DNA of 64,000 bases from an uncultured Akkermansia sp. (GTDB taxonomy: Bacteria > Bacteroidota > Bacteroidia > B-17B0 > Aurantibacillaceae): positions 8,201-72,200 of the forward strand of contig CAZPEC010000008.1 in the NCBI GenBank assembly GCA_964585565.1, written 5' to 3'. Shown in pieces: positions 29,676 to 40,030 of the stretch; the stretch's first letter is position 1; every line of letters begins with the position of its first letter. The translations under genes were made by a program, and so were the position numbers. The notes under the pieces were generated by a model, which worked only from the letters and a program-made list of their open reading frames with translations, did no database searches and was not told where the DNA came from.

Positions 29676-30866
29676 TTATTTAATGAGTTTGTTTACCAAG
29701 GCAGCCGCTTCATGGAATTCTATGGCCGAGTATACTTTAAGACCACTTTCATCTATTAACTTTTTAGCTGCTTCGGCATTGGTTCCCTGCAAACGAACAA
29801 TAATGGGCACTTCTATATTTCCCATATTCTTATAAGCATCAACCACGCCTTGTGCTACACGGTCGCAGCGAACAATTCCTCCAAATATGTTTACCAATAT
29901 GGCTTTTACTTTTTTGTCGCGAAGTATTATTTTGAAGGCTTTTTCAACCCTTTCAGCGTTTGCTGTTCCGCCTACGTCTAAAAAATTAGCGGGCTCTCCG
30001 CCACTTAGTTTTATAAGGTCCATAGTAGCCATTGCCAAACCTGCCCCATTAACCATACAACCAACGTTACCATCCAACTGTACGTAGTTGAGGTCGGCTT
30101 CTCTTGCCTCAACATCCACAGGATTTTCCTCGGTTATATCGCGCATTTTTTCATACTCCGGATGACGGAACAAGCCGTTTCCGTCGAAAGTTACCTTACT
30201 ATCTACGGCTATAATTCTATCGTCGCTGGTTTTGAGCACGGGGTTTATTTCAAATAAAGAAGCATCTATACTGTCGTAGGCTTTGTATAAGGCGGTAACA
30301 AATTTTACCATTTCTTTAAAGGCATTACCACTTAATCCTAAATTAAAAGCTATTTTCCGGGCTTGAAAAGGCTGTAGACCAACACGCGGGTCTATCTCCT
30401 CTTTCCATATTTTATCCGGAGTATGCTCGGCAACTGCTTCAATATCCATTCCTCCTTCGGTACTATAAACAATCGTATTTCTGCTTTTTGCCCTGTCCAG
30501 GAGTACGCTCATATAAAATTCCTTGGTTTGGCTTGGACCGGGATAATATACATCCTGCGCTATAAGAACCTTATTTACCTTTTTACCGGCAGGTCCTGTT
30601 TGAGGTGTAATAAGCTGCATACCAATTATTTGTCCGGCTTTTTCTTTTACCTCATCCAAGTTCTTAGCTAATTTAACGCCCCCTCCTTTTCCTCTTCCTC
30701 CGGCATGTATTTGTGCTTTTACAACCACCCAATCGCTATTATACTTGTCCTTCATTTCTTTAGCAGCAGCTACAGCCTGCTCTACGTTTTCGGCAACAAT
30801 TCCTTCCTGAATAGCTACCCCAAAACTTTTGAGGATGCTTTTACCTTGGTATTCATGTATATTCAT
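29676..30866 (-). CDS. sucC: Succinate--CoA ligase (ADP-forming) beta subunit
   Basis: 396 aa. Motifs MNIHEYQGK, KAQIHAGGRGKGGGVK and NIFGGIVRCD. Confidence 0.93.
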   Translation of the reverse strand: MNIHEYQGKSILKSFGVAIQEGIVAENVEQAVAAAKEMKDKYNSDWVVVKAQIHAGGRGKGGGVKLAKNLDEVKEKAGQIIGMQLITPQTGPAGKKVNKVLIAQDVYYPGPSQTKEFYMSVLLDRAKSRNTIVYSTEGGMDIEAVAEHTPDKIWKEEIDPRVGLQPFQARKIAFNLGLSGNAFKEMVKFVTALYKAYDSIDASLFEINPVLKTSDDRIIAVDSKVTFDGNGLFRHPEYEKMRDITEENPVDVEAREADLNYVQLDGNVGCMVNGAGLAMATMDLIKLSGGEPANFLDVGGTANAERVEKAFKIILRDKKVKAILVNIFGGIVRCDRVAQGVVDAYKNMGNIEVPIIVRLQGTNAEAAKKLIDESGLKVYSAIEFHEAAALVNKLIK

Positions 30867-30983
30867 AAATAAGCTTTAATCCGTCCAAATATAAGGTTTT
30901 TTGATAAAATGCATTGTTTTTTTTAAGAACATAAAGCTATGTTAAAGTAGCCTTTTGCATACTTTTTGTTATACCTAAATGAT

Positions 30984-32117
30984 ATGTACGTGTTAAGAAA
31001 ACCTTTTTGCAATATTTTGCTATTTGTTGGATTGGGCTCTGAGTTTTTCGCCCAACAAATTTTACCGGAAACTAAAATTGATTTGGGAGAAATAAGCGAT
31101 GTGTACGAAATACGTGCAGATTTGGTATTAAATAATCCCGAGGCCAAAACCGTACACTTGTTAAGAGCAGATTCGGAAAAAGGAATAAGAGTTTTTACCA
31201 GCAAAAAAAGCATTGCAGTAAATGATACTGCCTTGCTGGTTATATCATTTATACCCGAACAAGAAGGCCGCTTCAATAAAACAGTTTTGTTGCACATGGG
31301 CCACCTGAATAAACCCATAGAAATTGCCCTTTTTGGTGCAGTGCATAAAATAAAAAAAGATGATAAAACAGCTTGTTACTATTTTAAAAAACAAAATAAA
31401 CCTACTCAATCTGTTGTTGTAAGCGGACTACCAACAGAGAAAAATAACACAAACCAACCTGTAACGATCGAAAAAACGGAAGAAAAAAATGACCCGGAAA
31501 GGTTAAACAACATAACAAGTACCTCTCCAAAAACCAAAAACGAAAGCGAACAATTACCGGAATCTTTATTTAAACCTAACAATATTTTATTTCTGGTAGA
31601 TGTGAGCAACTCCATGAAAGATTCGCTTAAACTCCCCTTAATGAAAGTGGCTTTACATAAGTTGATTGATGCCTTAAGAGAGGTAGACAAAGTATCCTTT
31701 TTAACATACGCCGACAGCGTACGCATATTAGCCGAAAGCATTAGCGGAAAGGATAAAGAGGCGCTGCACCTGCTGGTGGATAATATTAAGGCTCGCGGAC
31801 TTACCAAAGGTCGCCAGGCTATTTTAAAGAGTACTGATGTTTTACTGCGAAATTATATAGAAGGGGGCAATAATCAGATTTTAATGGCTACCGACGGAGA
31901 GTTTAATTTTTACCCGAAGGACGAGCAACAATTCAAAGAAAAACAAAAAGACAAAACACTTGTACTTACCACGCTGGCGTTTGGAAACGATAAAAAGGCG
32001 ATGCAAAATTTAAAAGACATTGCCAAAAAAGGAAACGGTAGTTTTTTGCACATCAAAAATCGTAAGCAAAGCGAAAATATTTTACTGGAAGAAATAAAAG
32101 AAAGAAGCCGGAAATGA
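30984..32117 (+). CDS. Secreted von Willebrand factor A (vWA) domain protein
   Basis: Signal peptide from the ATG at 30984 (the ORF-track start at 30966 is TTG). MIDAS motif ILFLVDVSNSM, plus MATDGEFN. Confidence 0.7.
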   Translation: MYVLRKPFCNILLFVGLGSEFFAQQILPETKIDLGEISDVYEIRADLVLNNPEAKTVHLLRADSEKGIRVFTSKKSIAVNDTALLVISFIPEQEGRFNKTVLLHMGHLNKPIEIALFGAVHKIKKDDKTACYYFKKQNKPTQSVVVSGLPTEKNNTNQPVTIEKTEEKNDPERLNNITSTSPKTKNESEQLPESLFKPNNILFLVDVSNSMKDSLKLPLMKVALHKLIDALREVDKVSFLTYADSVRILAESISGKDKEALHLLVDNIKARGLTKGRQAILKSTDVLLRNYIEGGNNQILMATDGEFNFYPKDEQQFKEKQKDKTLVLTTLAFGNDKKAMQNLKDIAKKGNGSFLHIKNRKQSENILLEEIKERSRK

Positions 32118-32172
32118 TTTAAATATTGTGAAAGCAAAAACTAAATGCCTTACGAATTACGTATATTTGTTT

Positions 32173-32682
32173 ATGCAAAAAATTGTTTTTGTTATACTAG
32201 CTGTCGGATGCATAAATTTTAACGTTTCGTGCCAAAACTCCGGCAACAAACAACCCCAAAAAACTACTATGGAAACCAGCTACCAAAAAACAGATGAGGA
32301 GTGGAAAAAAGAATTAAGTCCTGAAAAATATCATATTCTGCGTGAAAAAGGCACCGAGCGCCCCTTTACCGGAAAATACAACATGCATTTTGAAAAAGGA
32401 GTTTATACCTGCGGGGGCTGTGGGCAGGAATTGTTTACCAGTGAGCAAAAATTTGAAAGCCACTGCGGTTGGCCAAGTTTTGATAACGAAATGGGTAATG
32501 GCGAGCGCATAAGAAAAGTAAAAGATTTTTCGCATGGTATGATTAGAACGGAGATAGTTTGCGCCCGTTGCGGAGGACATTTGGGACATGTTTTTGACGA
32601 CGGCCCCACCAAAACCGGCCTGCGTTATTGCGTAAACAGCTTAAGTATTGAATTTACGCCGGGAGAGGAACAGAAGAAGTAA
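32173..32682 (+). CDS. msrB: Peptide-methionine (R)-S-oxide reductase MsrB, possibly exported
   Basis: Motifs CGGCGQELF, CARCGGHLGHVF and GLRYCVNS. The ATG at 32173 yields the lipoprotein-like signal IVFVILAVGCINFNVSC. An alternative internal ATG at 32269 (METSYQKTDEEW) would give a cytoplasmic form. Confidence 0.85.
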   Translation: MQKIVFVILAVGCINFNVSCQNSGNKQPQKTTMETSYQKTDEEWKKELSPEKYHILREKGTERPFTGKYNMHFEKGVYTCGGCGQELFTSEQKFESHCGWPSFDNEMGNGERIRKVKDFSHGMIRTEIVCARCGGHLGHVFDDGPTKTGLRYCVNSLSIEFTPGEEQKK

Positions 32683-32715
32683 CGAATTTAGCGTGCTTGC
32701 CTTATATTTCTCTTT

Positions 32716-34812
32716 TCAGCATTTGATGCCTATTATACACACGTCATCTACTTGTTCCAGGTTTCCGCGCCAATTTTCAAATTCAGTCTCTAATATTTGT
32801 TTTTGCTCCGGTAGCGGCTTATGGTAATTAGATAAAAGCAGTTCGTTTAGCTTTTTGTACTTAAACTTTTTTCCATTTGGTCCGCCAAACTGATCGGCAT
32901 AGCCATCGGTATATAAATACAACATATCTCCTTGCTGAATATTTATCTCAAACAAACTAAAAGAAGCCGTCTTTTCTCCAATTCCCACGGGCATTTTATT
33001 GGTTTCCAGTTCCTTTAATTTTCCTCCCGATACTATGACAGGAGCATTATTTGCAGCAGCATAAAAATATTGATTATTTGCCGGCACATAAGCAAGAAGA
33101 ATTCCGTCAAAACCATCTTGCTGGCCATCTTTACTTACGCTGCTGATTAAACGTTGCCTTACATAATCAAATACTTTATCGGGATCAAAAATTCCTTTCT
33201 CGTTTACTGCTTCGGTTAAAAAACCCATATTAAGCAAACTCATAAAAGCTCCGGGAACTCCATGACCTGTACTGTCGCAAACAGCTAAAAAGTAAATTTC
33301 CTTATTATCTTTTAAAGTGGCTTTGGAAGTCCAATAAAAATCTCCACTAACAATATCTTTCGGTTTAAATAGAATAAAATTTTGAGGAAATATCTCGGTA
33401 ATCATCTTTTCATTTGCCAAGATGGTATCCTGAATGCGCTTGGCATAATTAATGGAATCCAAAATTTCTTTCTGTTTATGCTCAACCAAGTTTTTTTGCT
33501 CTTGTATTATTTGTTTTTGCTTATCGGTAATTTTAAAACGCTTATATAATAATACAGAAAAAATAATGGTGATAAGCAAAACAAGCAGGCTGGCAAAGGT
33601 AAGGTAGCGCTGCTTTTGTTTCTCTGCTTCCTTTACGGCCAACTCCTTCTCTCTGATTAAATTTAGCTCATACTCCTTTTCTTTAACTTCTCTTTCTTTC
33701 TGTAATTGATTTACCGTAGATATGTTTTTTGCCTTATTTATACTATCCGAAAGGTTTTTGTGTAAAATAATATTATTATAAGCATCTTTGTATTTTCTTT
33801 CTTTTGCACAAACCCCGGCCAGCAAGTATCTCGTGTAAACTTCTAAAACCGTAAGCTTATATTCCGATTCTATTTTAAGCGCTTGATGCAGAACCTCAAG
33901 AGCTTTTTTTGTATTATTCAACTTATAATATAAAGCAGCCATGTTGTTCAAGGTTTGTACAAGCCCGTCGTAAACAGCAATTTTTTCGTATGCATTCAAT
34001 GCTTCCTCATAATACATGAGCGCTTTTTCATGCTCTCCCTTTAGTTGATAAATTCCTGCCATATTATTTTTAACGAGTGCCAGCAACTTATCATTTTCAA
34101 TAATTTGAGCTCGTTGCAGGGCTTTGGTATAATATTGAAGGGCTTTTTCAGGATTATTCATTTTTTCATAAGCCAAACCAATGTTAATATAATTTTCTAC
34201 CTTACCCTGATTGTCTCCTAATTCGGAACATATACTCAGCGATTTTAAAAAGTTTTCCAGAGCCGATTTATAATCGGTCATGTCATTATAAATCAGGCCA
34301 ATATTTGTATATGCCGATGCCTGCCCTTCTTTATTCCCTGTTTTTATATTTAACTCAAGGGCTGTGAAATACAACTCCAGGGCTTTGGAGTGTTCAGATT
34401 TATTCCAGTAAACCAAACCCAGGTTATTATAAATCTGAGATAGTCTTTTTAAATCTCCTGATGCTCTGGAGATAGAAATTCCCAAAGAGTACTGTTCTAT
34501 GGCTTTATCATAATTTCCCTTATTCCAATAAGAAACTCCAAGTGTATTGTAATAGTAAATTTGTTTTCGCGTGTTTTTAAGAGCAGTTGCTTTTGTTAAT
34601 CCTACCTGCGAATATTTCATCATGGAATCATATTCTCCTGCTCTAGCGTAATACTGAACAATGTCTTTAAGAATCTCAAAACTTACCGAGTCGGATGTTG
34701 AATTTTGATAATACCTACTTTTGAGTGAGTCTACGTAACTGTCTTTCTGGGAAAACAAGCTAGTCGCCATGTAAACACAAACAATGAGATATTTAAGCCG
34801 ATTAGTAGACAC
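32716..34812 (-). CDS. TPR-repeat / transmembrane / PP2C-type (SpoIIE, RsbU-like) serine phosphatase
   Basis: 698 aa. N-terminal signal, about 8 TPR units, a coiled coil, a TM helix (LTFASLLVLLITIIFSVLLY), and a C-terminal PP2C-like domain (DFYW...AVCDSTGHGVPGA...LYTDGYADQFG...QVDDVCIIGIK). GTG start. Confidence 0.8.
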   Translation of the reverse strand: MSTNRLKYLIVCVYMATSLFSQKDSYVDSLKSRYYQNSTSDSVSFEILKDIVQYYARAGEYDSMMKYSQVGLTKATALKNTRKQIYYYNTLGVSYWNKGNYDKAIEQYSLGISISRASGDLKRLSQIYNNLGLVYWNKSEHSKALELYFTALELNIKTGNKEGQASAYTNIGLIYNDMTDYKSALENFLKSLSICSELGDNQGKVENYINIGLAYEKMNNPEKALQYYTKALQRAQIIENDKLLALVKNNMAGIYQLKGEHEKALMYYEEALNAYEKIAVYDGLVQTLNNMAALYYKLNNTKKALEVLHQALKIESEYKLTVLEVYTRYLLAGVCAKERKYKDAYNNIILHKNLSDSINKAKNISTVNQLQKEREVKEKEYELNLIREKELAVKEAEKQKQRYLTFASLLVLLITIIFSVLLYKRFKITDKQKQIIQEQKNLVEHKQKEILDSINYAKRIQDTILANEKMITEIFPQNFILFKPKDIVSGDFYWTSKATLKDNKEIYFLAVCDSTGHGVPGAFMSLLNMGFLTEAVNEKGIFDPDKVFDYVRQRLISSVSKDGQQDGFDGILLAYVPANNQYFYAAANNAPVIVSGGKLKELETNKMPVGIGEKTASFSLFEINIQQGDMLYLYTDGYADQFGGPNGKKFKYKKLNELLLSNYHKPLPEQKQILETEFENWRGNLEQVDDVCIIGIKC

Positions 34813-34861
34813 CTAGTAAAGTATAAAGTTAAGTAAATAACGTATCGAAAAAATCTTTTTT

Positions 34862-35872
34862 CTACCGCCTGTTTGTTTGAATGGTGTCAAAAAGAGCGTA
34901 TTTTAACTTGATGATTCGAATGCTTTGGTTTACAAAATCTCGAATAACCAAGGAGTTTACCATGTTGGCTTTATAATCATTTACATAGCCGGTTTCAGTA
35001 AGCAGTTCATCATTTTTATACTGTCTGGCATTTAATAACCAGCCGGAAGTATCGTACTCGTAAGTTATTTTATTTACAAAACTACTGTTAGCATTACTCA
35101 TATACGTTGCAGAGATTAATCGTCTTTTATCGTCGTACTCAAATTTCTGAACTTGTTGTATCCAGGCTGCAGCCGTATAATGTTCAGTAATTTCAGTTAC
35201 CAGCCCATCGTTACTTAAGATTATTTTTTCCTTATAAGGCCGGCCTTCGTTGTTAAAGTATATTACTTTGGTTTGATTAGGGCTATACACTATCCAATTC
35301 ATACTGTCGGCACTAATAAGTACCTGATTTCCTAAAACAAATTCACTTTTTCCGGGTCCTACATTAGTTTCCCGATAACGGCATTCCTTAACCGAATTTC
35401 CTGAAGAATCGCAGGTATAATATCTGGCTTCGTAAAACTGGTTACCGTCGTGAAAACGACGAACCAATAAATTTTCGTTAGGGCCATATAAAAAAACGGT
35501 GCCAATGGTATCATACACATACTGGTTTACGCTGCTTACATAAGCAGGCCTAACCAGTTTTCTTCCTTTATAAATGGGCTGAACTTGTATTTGTTTCTCG
35601 TATGTTTTAGCTACATCCGTATAGTAATAGCGTGCCAGATAGCCTTGGCGATTAAATTCGTAGTATTCAACCAGGCTCTTATCTACAGCAACCTGATAGT
35701 CTTTTTTATCTATTATTTCAAAAATTATTTTCCGTATCTGATTGTCTTTAATAAAAGCCTTATTAAAGGCAAACTCCTTATTAAACGCATTTTGATAATC
35801 GGGAACAAACAGCTGAGCTCTGACAAACGCTTGCCAAAGTATTAAAAACAGAGATATATTACGTGTACTCAA
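34862..35872 (-). CDS. Secreted protein of unknown function
   Basis: 336 aa with signal peptide [16 protein letters not shown] start overlapping the stop of the upstream gene by 14 nt. Confidence 0.5.
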   Translation of the reverse strand: MSTRNISLFLILWQAFVRAQLFVPDYQNAFNKEFAFNKAFIKDNQIRKIIFEIIDKKDYQVAVDKSLVEYYEFNRQGYLARYYYTDVAKTYEKQIQVQPIYKGRKLVRPAYVSSVNQYVYDTIGTVFLYGPNENLLVRRFHDGNQFYEARYYTCDSSGNSVKECRYRETNVGPGKSEFVLGNQVLISADSMNWIVYSPNQTKVIYFNNEGRPYKEKIILSNDGLVTEITEHYTAAAWIQQVQKFEYDDKRRLISATYMSNANSSFVNKITYEYDTSGWLLNARQYKNDELLTETGYVNDYKANMVNSLVIRDFVNQSIRIIKLKYALFDTIQTNRR

Positions 35873-37880
35873 TTTGTTTAAGGGCCGCTTTTACATCCTC
35901 TACCGGCTTTAAACAGGTATTGTTTCGGCAAACATAAATAAGTGTTTTACCTTCCCGATACCGATTTTTTAGCAGGCTCACGTTGGATTCTTCCCGGCTA
36001 ACAGCTAAAATCGAGTTTGTTAAGTAATGTTTTCCGAGTTCCTTCAATTTTTCATCAACATCTTTACCAACAATGGCTAATTCGTAAAAGGGTTTTGCCA
36101 AAAAAAGTGTCAACATACCCCAGTTGCTGTAAGAGTATGGATTTTTAGCAATTTCCGAAACAAAAAGTTTTAACATATTTTCTGCCCTTTTTATGTAAGA
36201 GGGTTCTCCCATATAATGGCCTAATAAGAATAAATTGATGGCCATCTGAGAATTGGAGGAAGGAATTACATTATCAGATGTTTCGCTTTGTCGGCAAACA
36301 AGACTATGATAATCTTTGTTTGTATAGTAAAACAATACCTCATCGGGATGACTGAATTTTTGAACTACATAATCGCATAGTTTAGTTGCCTGATTCAAAT
36401 AATACTCCTTACCGGTTATTCCAAAAACTTCGAGTAATGCCTGAATAGTAAATGCATAATCATCTAAAAAGGCCGGGATAAATTTCGGATACAGCCTGCT
36501 CATGCCATCTTTTGAATTAATTCCGAAGTGAGTTAATAGAAAATCGATATGGATAATGGCTCGTTTCTTATATTCATCATTACCAAAAGCTAACCACGCA
36601 TCACAATAAGCTTTAATGGCAAGTGAATTCCAGGAGGCTATCATTTTGTTATCAAGTGCCGGTTTTATTCTTTCTGAAGTACCACTTCTTAATTTTTCTT
36701 TACTTTTTTCAATTCGTTCATTTAACTCTTCTATGCTAATTCCATACTTAAGAGATATTTCGGCAGGATTTTCGTGTCTCATTAAGATATAATTTCCATC
36801 TTCCCAATATCCTTTGTCGTTAACCGAATAATAATCAAAAAATAAGTCTGCCTCAGAACTCAGTATTTCTCTGATTTCTTCTTTGGTCCACACGTAATAC
36901 TTTCCCTCCTCTCCTTCACTATCGGCATCTAATGCCGAAAAAAAACAAGGATTTTCACCTATCCACTCCTTTTCCATGAAGCGCAGAGTTTCTTCGGCAA
37001 CTTGTTTATACAAAGTATTCTTGGTATATCTATAAGCCTCCGCATATAAACTTACCAGCTGCGCATTATCGTAAAGCATTTTTTCAAAGTGAGGCAGTTT
37101 CCATACTCCATCGGTGCTGTAGCGGGCAAAGCCTCCGTGTAACTGATCATAAATTCCGCCACAAGCCATTTTGTTAAGTGTAAGTTGTACATGATTTTCT
37201 ACCATTGTATCCTGAAACAAACAGGCATATCTCAACAAAAAAACATAATTATTCGGCATAGGAAACTTAGGCACCCTGTTATTTCCTCCATGCTCTGAGT
37301 CAAAAATAGTTTTCCATTTTTCTACCCCGGAAATGAGTGAATCAGAAAAATTTTCAGTTTCCTCAATATCTCGAGTGCTAATAAGCTCAATTTGCTGAAT
37401 TCCTTGAGTCAGATTTTTAGCATAATCGTGCATTTTTTCCGGCTCCTGCTTATGTATTTTAGCCAGGTTAAGCAATACATTCTGCCATTGTTTTTTCGGG
37501 AAGTAGGTTCCGCCGTACACTGCCCTACCGTCGGGCAAGGTAAAACAATTAAGAGGCCAACCTCCGTGCCCGGTCATTAATTGAACTGCCGTCATGTATA
37601 AATTATCTACATCCGGGCGCTCTTCTCTATCTACCTTTACACACACAAAATACTCGTTCATTATTTCGGCAATCTCTTCATCTTCAAAACTCTCCTTTTC
37701 CATCACATGGCACCAATGGCAGGCGCTATAACCAATACTAATCAGTACTAACTTATTCTTTTCTGCTGCTTCTTGAAAAGCCTCCGGACCCCATGGTTTC
37801 CAGTCTACCGGATTATATGCGTGTTGAAGTAAATACGGGCTTGTTTCTTTTATCAACGAATTTGGATGGGTAGCCGACAT
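35859..37880 (-). CDS. Thioredoxin-domain protein (DUF255/YyaL family, N-acylglucosamine 2-epimerase-like C-terminal half)
   Basis: 673 aa. N-terminal [18 protein letters not shown]...[12 protein letters not shown]. Confidence 0.8.
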   Translation of the reverse strand: MSATHPNSLIKETSPYLLQHAYNPVDWKPWGPEAFQEAAEKNKLVLISIGYSACHWCHVMEKESFEDEEIAEIMNEYFVCVKVDREERPDVDNLYMTAVQLMTGHGGWPLNCFTLPDGRAVYGGTYFPKKQWQNVLLNLAKIHKQEPEKMHDYAKNLTQGIQQIELISTRDIEETENFSDSLISGVEKWKTIFDSEHGGNNRVPKFPMPNNYVFLLRYACLFQDTMVENHVQLTLNKMACGGIYDQLHGGFARYSTDGVWKLPHFEKMLYDNAQLVSLYAEAYRYTKNTLYKQVAEETLRFMEKEWIGENPCFFSALDADSEGEEGKYYVWTKEEIREILSSEADLFFDYYSVNDKGYWEDGNYILMRHENPAEISLKYGISIEELNERIEKSKEKLRSGTSERIKPALDNKMIASWNSLAIKAYCDAWLAFGNDEYKKRAIIHIDFLLTHFGINSKDGMSRLYPKFIPAFLDDYAFTIQALLEVFGITGKEYYLNQATKLCDYVVQKFSHPDEVLFYYTNKDYHSLVCRQSETSDNVIPSSNSQMAINLFLLGHYMGEPSYIKRAENMLKLFVSEIAKNPYSYSNWGMLTLFLAKPFYELAIVGKDVDEKLKELGKHYLTNSILAVSREESNVSLLKNRYREGKTLIYVCRNNTCLKPVEDVKAALKQIEYT

Positions 37881-38021
37881 AGTATAGCTGTTATATGAGT
37901 GGTAATATATGCGTTTAAAACAGTAAAATTAACGTACGGCGAACAATATAAAAAGTTTTAAAATAAGTAATTTTAAAAACGCAATAAGAAGTATTTTACA
38001 GCATTTCAAAGTAAACATTTT

Positions 38022-39338
38022 ATGAAAAAAATATACTGGATAATTGGTAGCGGAATAGTATTGGTTGTTTTACTGATTATCTACAAGATAAGCAGCGGTT
38101 CTCAACCTACACTGGTTACCTTAGATAAAGTAGTAAGGAGAGACATTATTGAAACTGTTTCGGCTACCGGAAAAATACAGCCGGAAACTGAACTCAAAAT
38201 AACCAGCGACGTGAGTGGAGAAATAACCGAAATGCTCGTAAAAGAAGGTGACGAGATAAAAAAAGGCGACTTAATATGTCGTATACAACCCGATATGTAC
38301 CAAAGTGCCGTAGAAAGAGTTACGGCTACACTTAACACCACTAAAGCAAACCTTAAAACTGCCGAGGCCCAGCTGGAACAAGCAAAAGCTAATCTAGTAA
38401 ATGCCGAAGCTAATTTTAAAAGAAGTAAAAAATTATTGGAACAAAATGCCATTTCTCAGCAAGAATTTGAAACAAGTAAAGCTCAGTATGAAAGTGCAAA
38501 AGCCAATGTAGAAGGGTTGGAAGCATCTGTAAATGCGAGCAAATTCAACATATTAAGCAGCGAAGCAGCCTTAAAAGAAGCCGCAGCCAACCTTGAAAAA
38601 ACATATATCTATTCACCGGTAAACGGCACGGTATACAAAATGAATGTAGAAAAAGGAGAACGCGTTCAGGGCGTTCAGGGTTTTCAGGGAACTGAAATTC
38701 TGCGCTTAGCAAATTTAAATGAGATGGAAGTGAGTGTAGAAGTAAATGAAAATGACATCATTAAAGTTCACAAAGGCGATACGGCAATTGTGGAAGTAGA
38801 TGCTTATATTAATAAAAAGTTTAAGGGTATTGTAACCGAAGTAGCTAACTCTGCTAATACAACCGGAGTTTCTATCGACCAGGTTACCAACTTTATCGTA
38901 AAAATAAGATTGCTGCGTGAAAGCTATGCATATCTGGTTACCGAAAGAAATCCGGTGCCTTTTAGACCGGGAATGAGCGCCAGTGTGGAAATTCAAACAT
39001 TAAGAGTCAGTAAAGCCTTGGCCGTTCCAATACAAGCAGTGGCATCCAGAATAAAAGATTCTACCGGCGTAAAGGGTAAAGAATACAAAGAAGGAGAAGA
39101 AACTAAAAATAAGGGTATTGCAGAAACTAAAGAATTAGTTTTTATGGTTGAAAATGGAAAGGCAAAAGAAATAGAAGTAAAAAGCGGAATACAAGATGAT
39201 GAGTATATAGAAATAATATCCGGACTTAAAGAAGGTGAAGAAATTATAGTAGCTCCGTACAGCGCAGTTTCCAGAACATTAAAAAACGGAAGTAAAGTAA
39301 AGGTTGTTCCTCGAAGCGAATTATACCGTTTAAATTAA
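38022..39338 (+). CDS. Efflux periplasmic adaptor subunit (HlyD/MacA family)
   Basis: 438 aa. N-terminal TM, lipoyl-like GEITEMLVKEGDEIKKGDLI, a long alpha-hairpin (ANLKTAEAQLEQAKANL...), and IYSPVNGTV. Confidence 0.8.
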   Translation: MKKIYWIIGSGIVLVVLLIIYKISSGSQPTLVTLDKVVRRDIIETVSATGKIQPETELKITSDVSGEITEMLVKEGDEIKKGDLICRIQPDMYQSAVERVTATLNTTKANLKTAEAQLEQAKANLVNAEANFKRSKKLLEQNAISQQEFETSKAQYESAKANVEGLEASVNASKFNILSSEAALKEAAANLEKTYIYSPVNGTVYKMNVEKGERVQGVQGFQGTEILRLANLNEMEVSVEVNENDIIKVHKGDTAIVEVDAYINKKFKGIVTEVANSANTTGVSIDQVTNFIVKIRLLRESYAYLVTERNPVPFRPGMSASVEIQTLRVSKALAVPIQAVASRIKDSTGVKGKEYKEGEETKNKGIAETKELVFMVENGKAKEIEVKSGIQDDEYIEIISGLKEGEEIIVAPYSAVSRTLKNGSKVKVVPRSELYRLN

Positions 39339-40030
39339 TGGCTCTTATTCTGCATATAGAAACATCAGGAAATAATTGCTCGGTAGCTGTTTCCAATAAA
39401 GAACAACTAATTGCCTGCGTAGAAAAAAACGAGGGAATGCGGCATGCCGAAAATTTGCACCCGTTTATAAAGCAAACACTTGATACGTGCAATCTTTCAG
39501 CTAAAGAATTGCAGGCCGTTTCCGTTAGTGCCGGGCCCGGCTCTTATACCGGACTAAGGATAGGCGTAAGTGCAGCTAAAGGAATTTGTTTTGCTGCAAA
39601 TATTCCGCTTATTGCAATCGACACACTCAAAATTTTAGCGGCAAGCATTTCCGATAATCAAAAAAACGAGCATACTCTACTTTGTCCTATGTTAGATGCC
39701 AGGCGGATGGAAGTGTATATGGCACTCTATGATTATCAGTTAAAAGAAATGATACCTATACAGGCAAAAATATTTCAAGAAAACAGCTATTCCTTTTTTC
39801 CGACTAATAAAAAAATTTTATTTTTTGGAGACGGAATGCCAAAATGTCGGAATATTTTAGAAAATTTACCCATGGCCTATTTTGAAGAAAATGTATACCC
39901 CTCATCACGCAACATGATTAGCCTGGCTTATCATAAATTTATTCACTCGCAATTTGAAAACACGGTCAATTTTGAACCACTTTATCTGAAGGAATTTTTC
40001 ACACTGAAAAAAAATAATGAGAATACATAA
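39338..40030 (+). CDS. tsaB: tRNA threonylcarbamoyladenosine (t6A) biosynthesis protein TsaB
   Basis: 230 aa. ILHIETSGNNCSVAV and GPGSYTGLRIGVSAAKG. Start overlaps the adaptor stop (TAATG). Confidence 0.85.
   Translation: MALILHIETSGNNCSVAVSNKEQLIACVEKNEGMRHAENLHPFIKQTLDTCNLSAKELQAVSVSAGPGSYTGLRIGVSAAKGICFAANIPLIAIDTLKILAASISDNQKNEHTLLCPMLDARRMEVYMALYDYQLKEMIPIQAKIFQENSYSFFPTNKKILFFGDGMPKCRNILENLPMAYFEENVYPSSRNMISLAYHKFIHSQFENTVNFEPLYLKEFFTLKKNNENT

Noticed and set aside
30923-31318. 131-aa minus-strand ORF overlapping the sucC/vWA divergent region and the vWA gene start.
   Set aside because: It overlaps the vWA CDS, which has a signal peptide and a MIDAS motif. The ORF has shadow-frame composition.
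38664-38690. Three tandem 9-nt units (GTTCAGGGC GTTCAGGGT TTTCAGGGA).
   Set aside because: They lie in-frame within the HlyD adaptor CDS and encode VQGVQGFQG. They are too short and have no spacers, so this is not a CRISPR or regulatory repeat.
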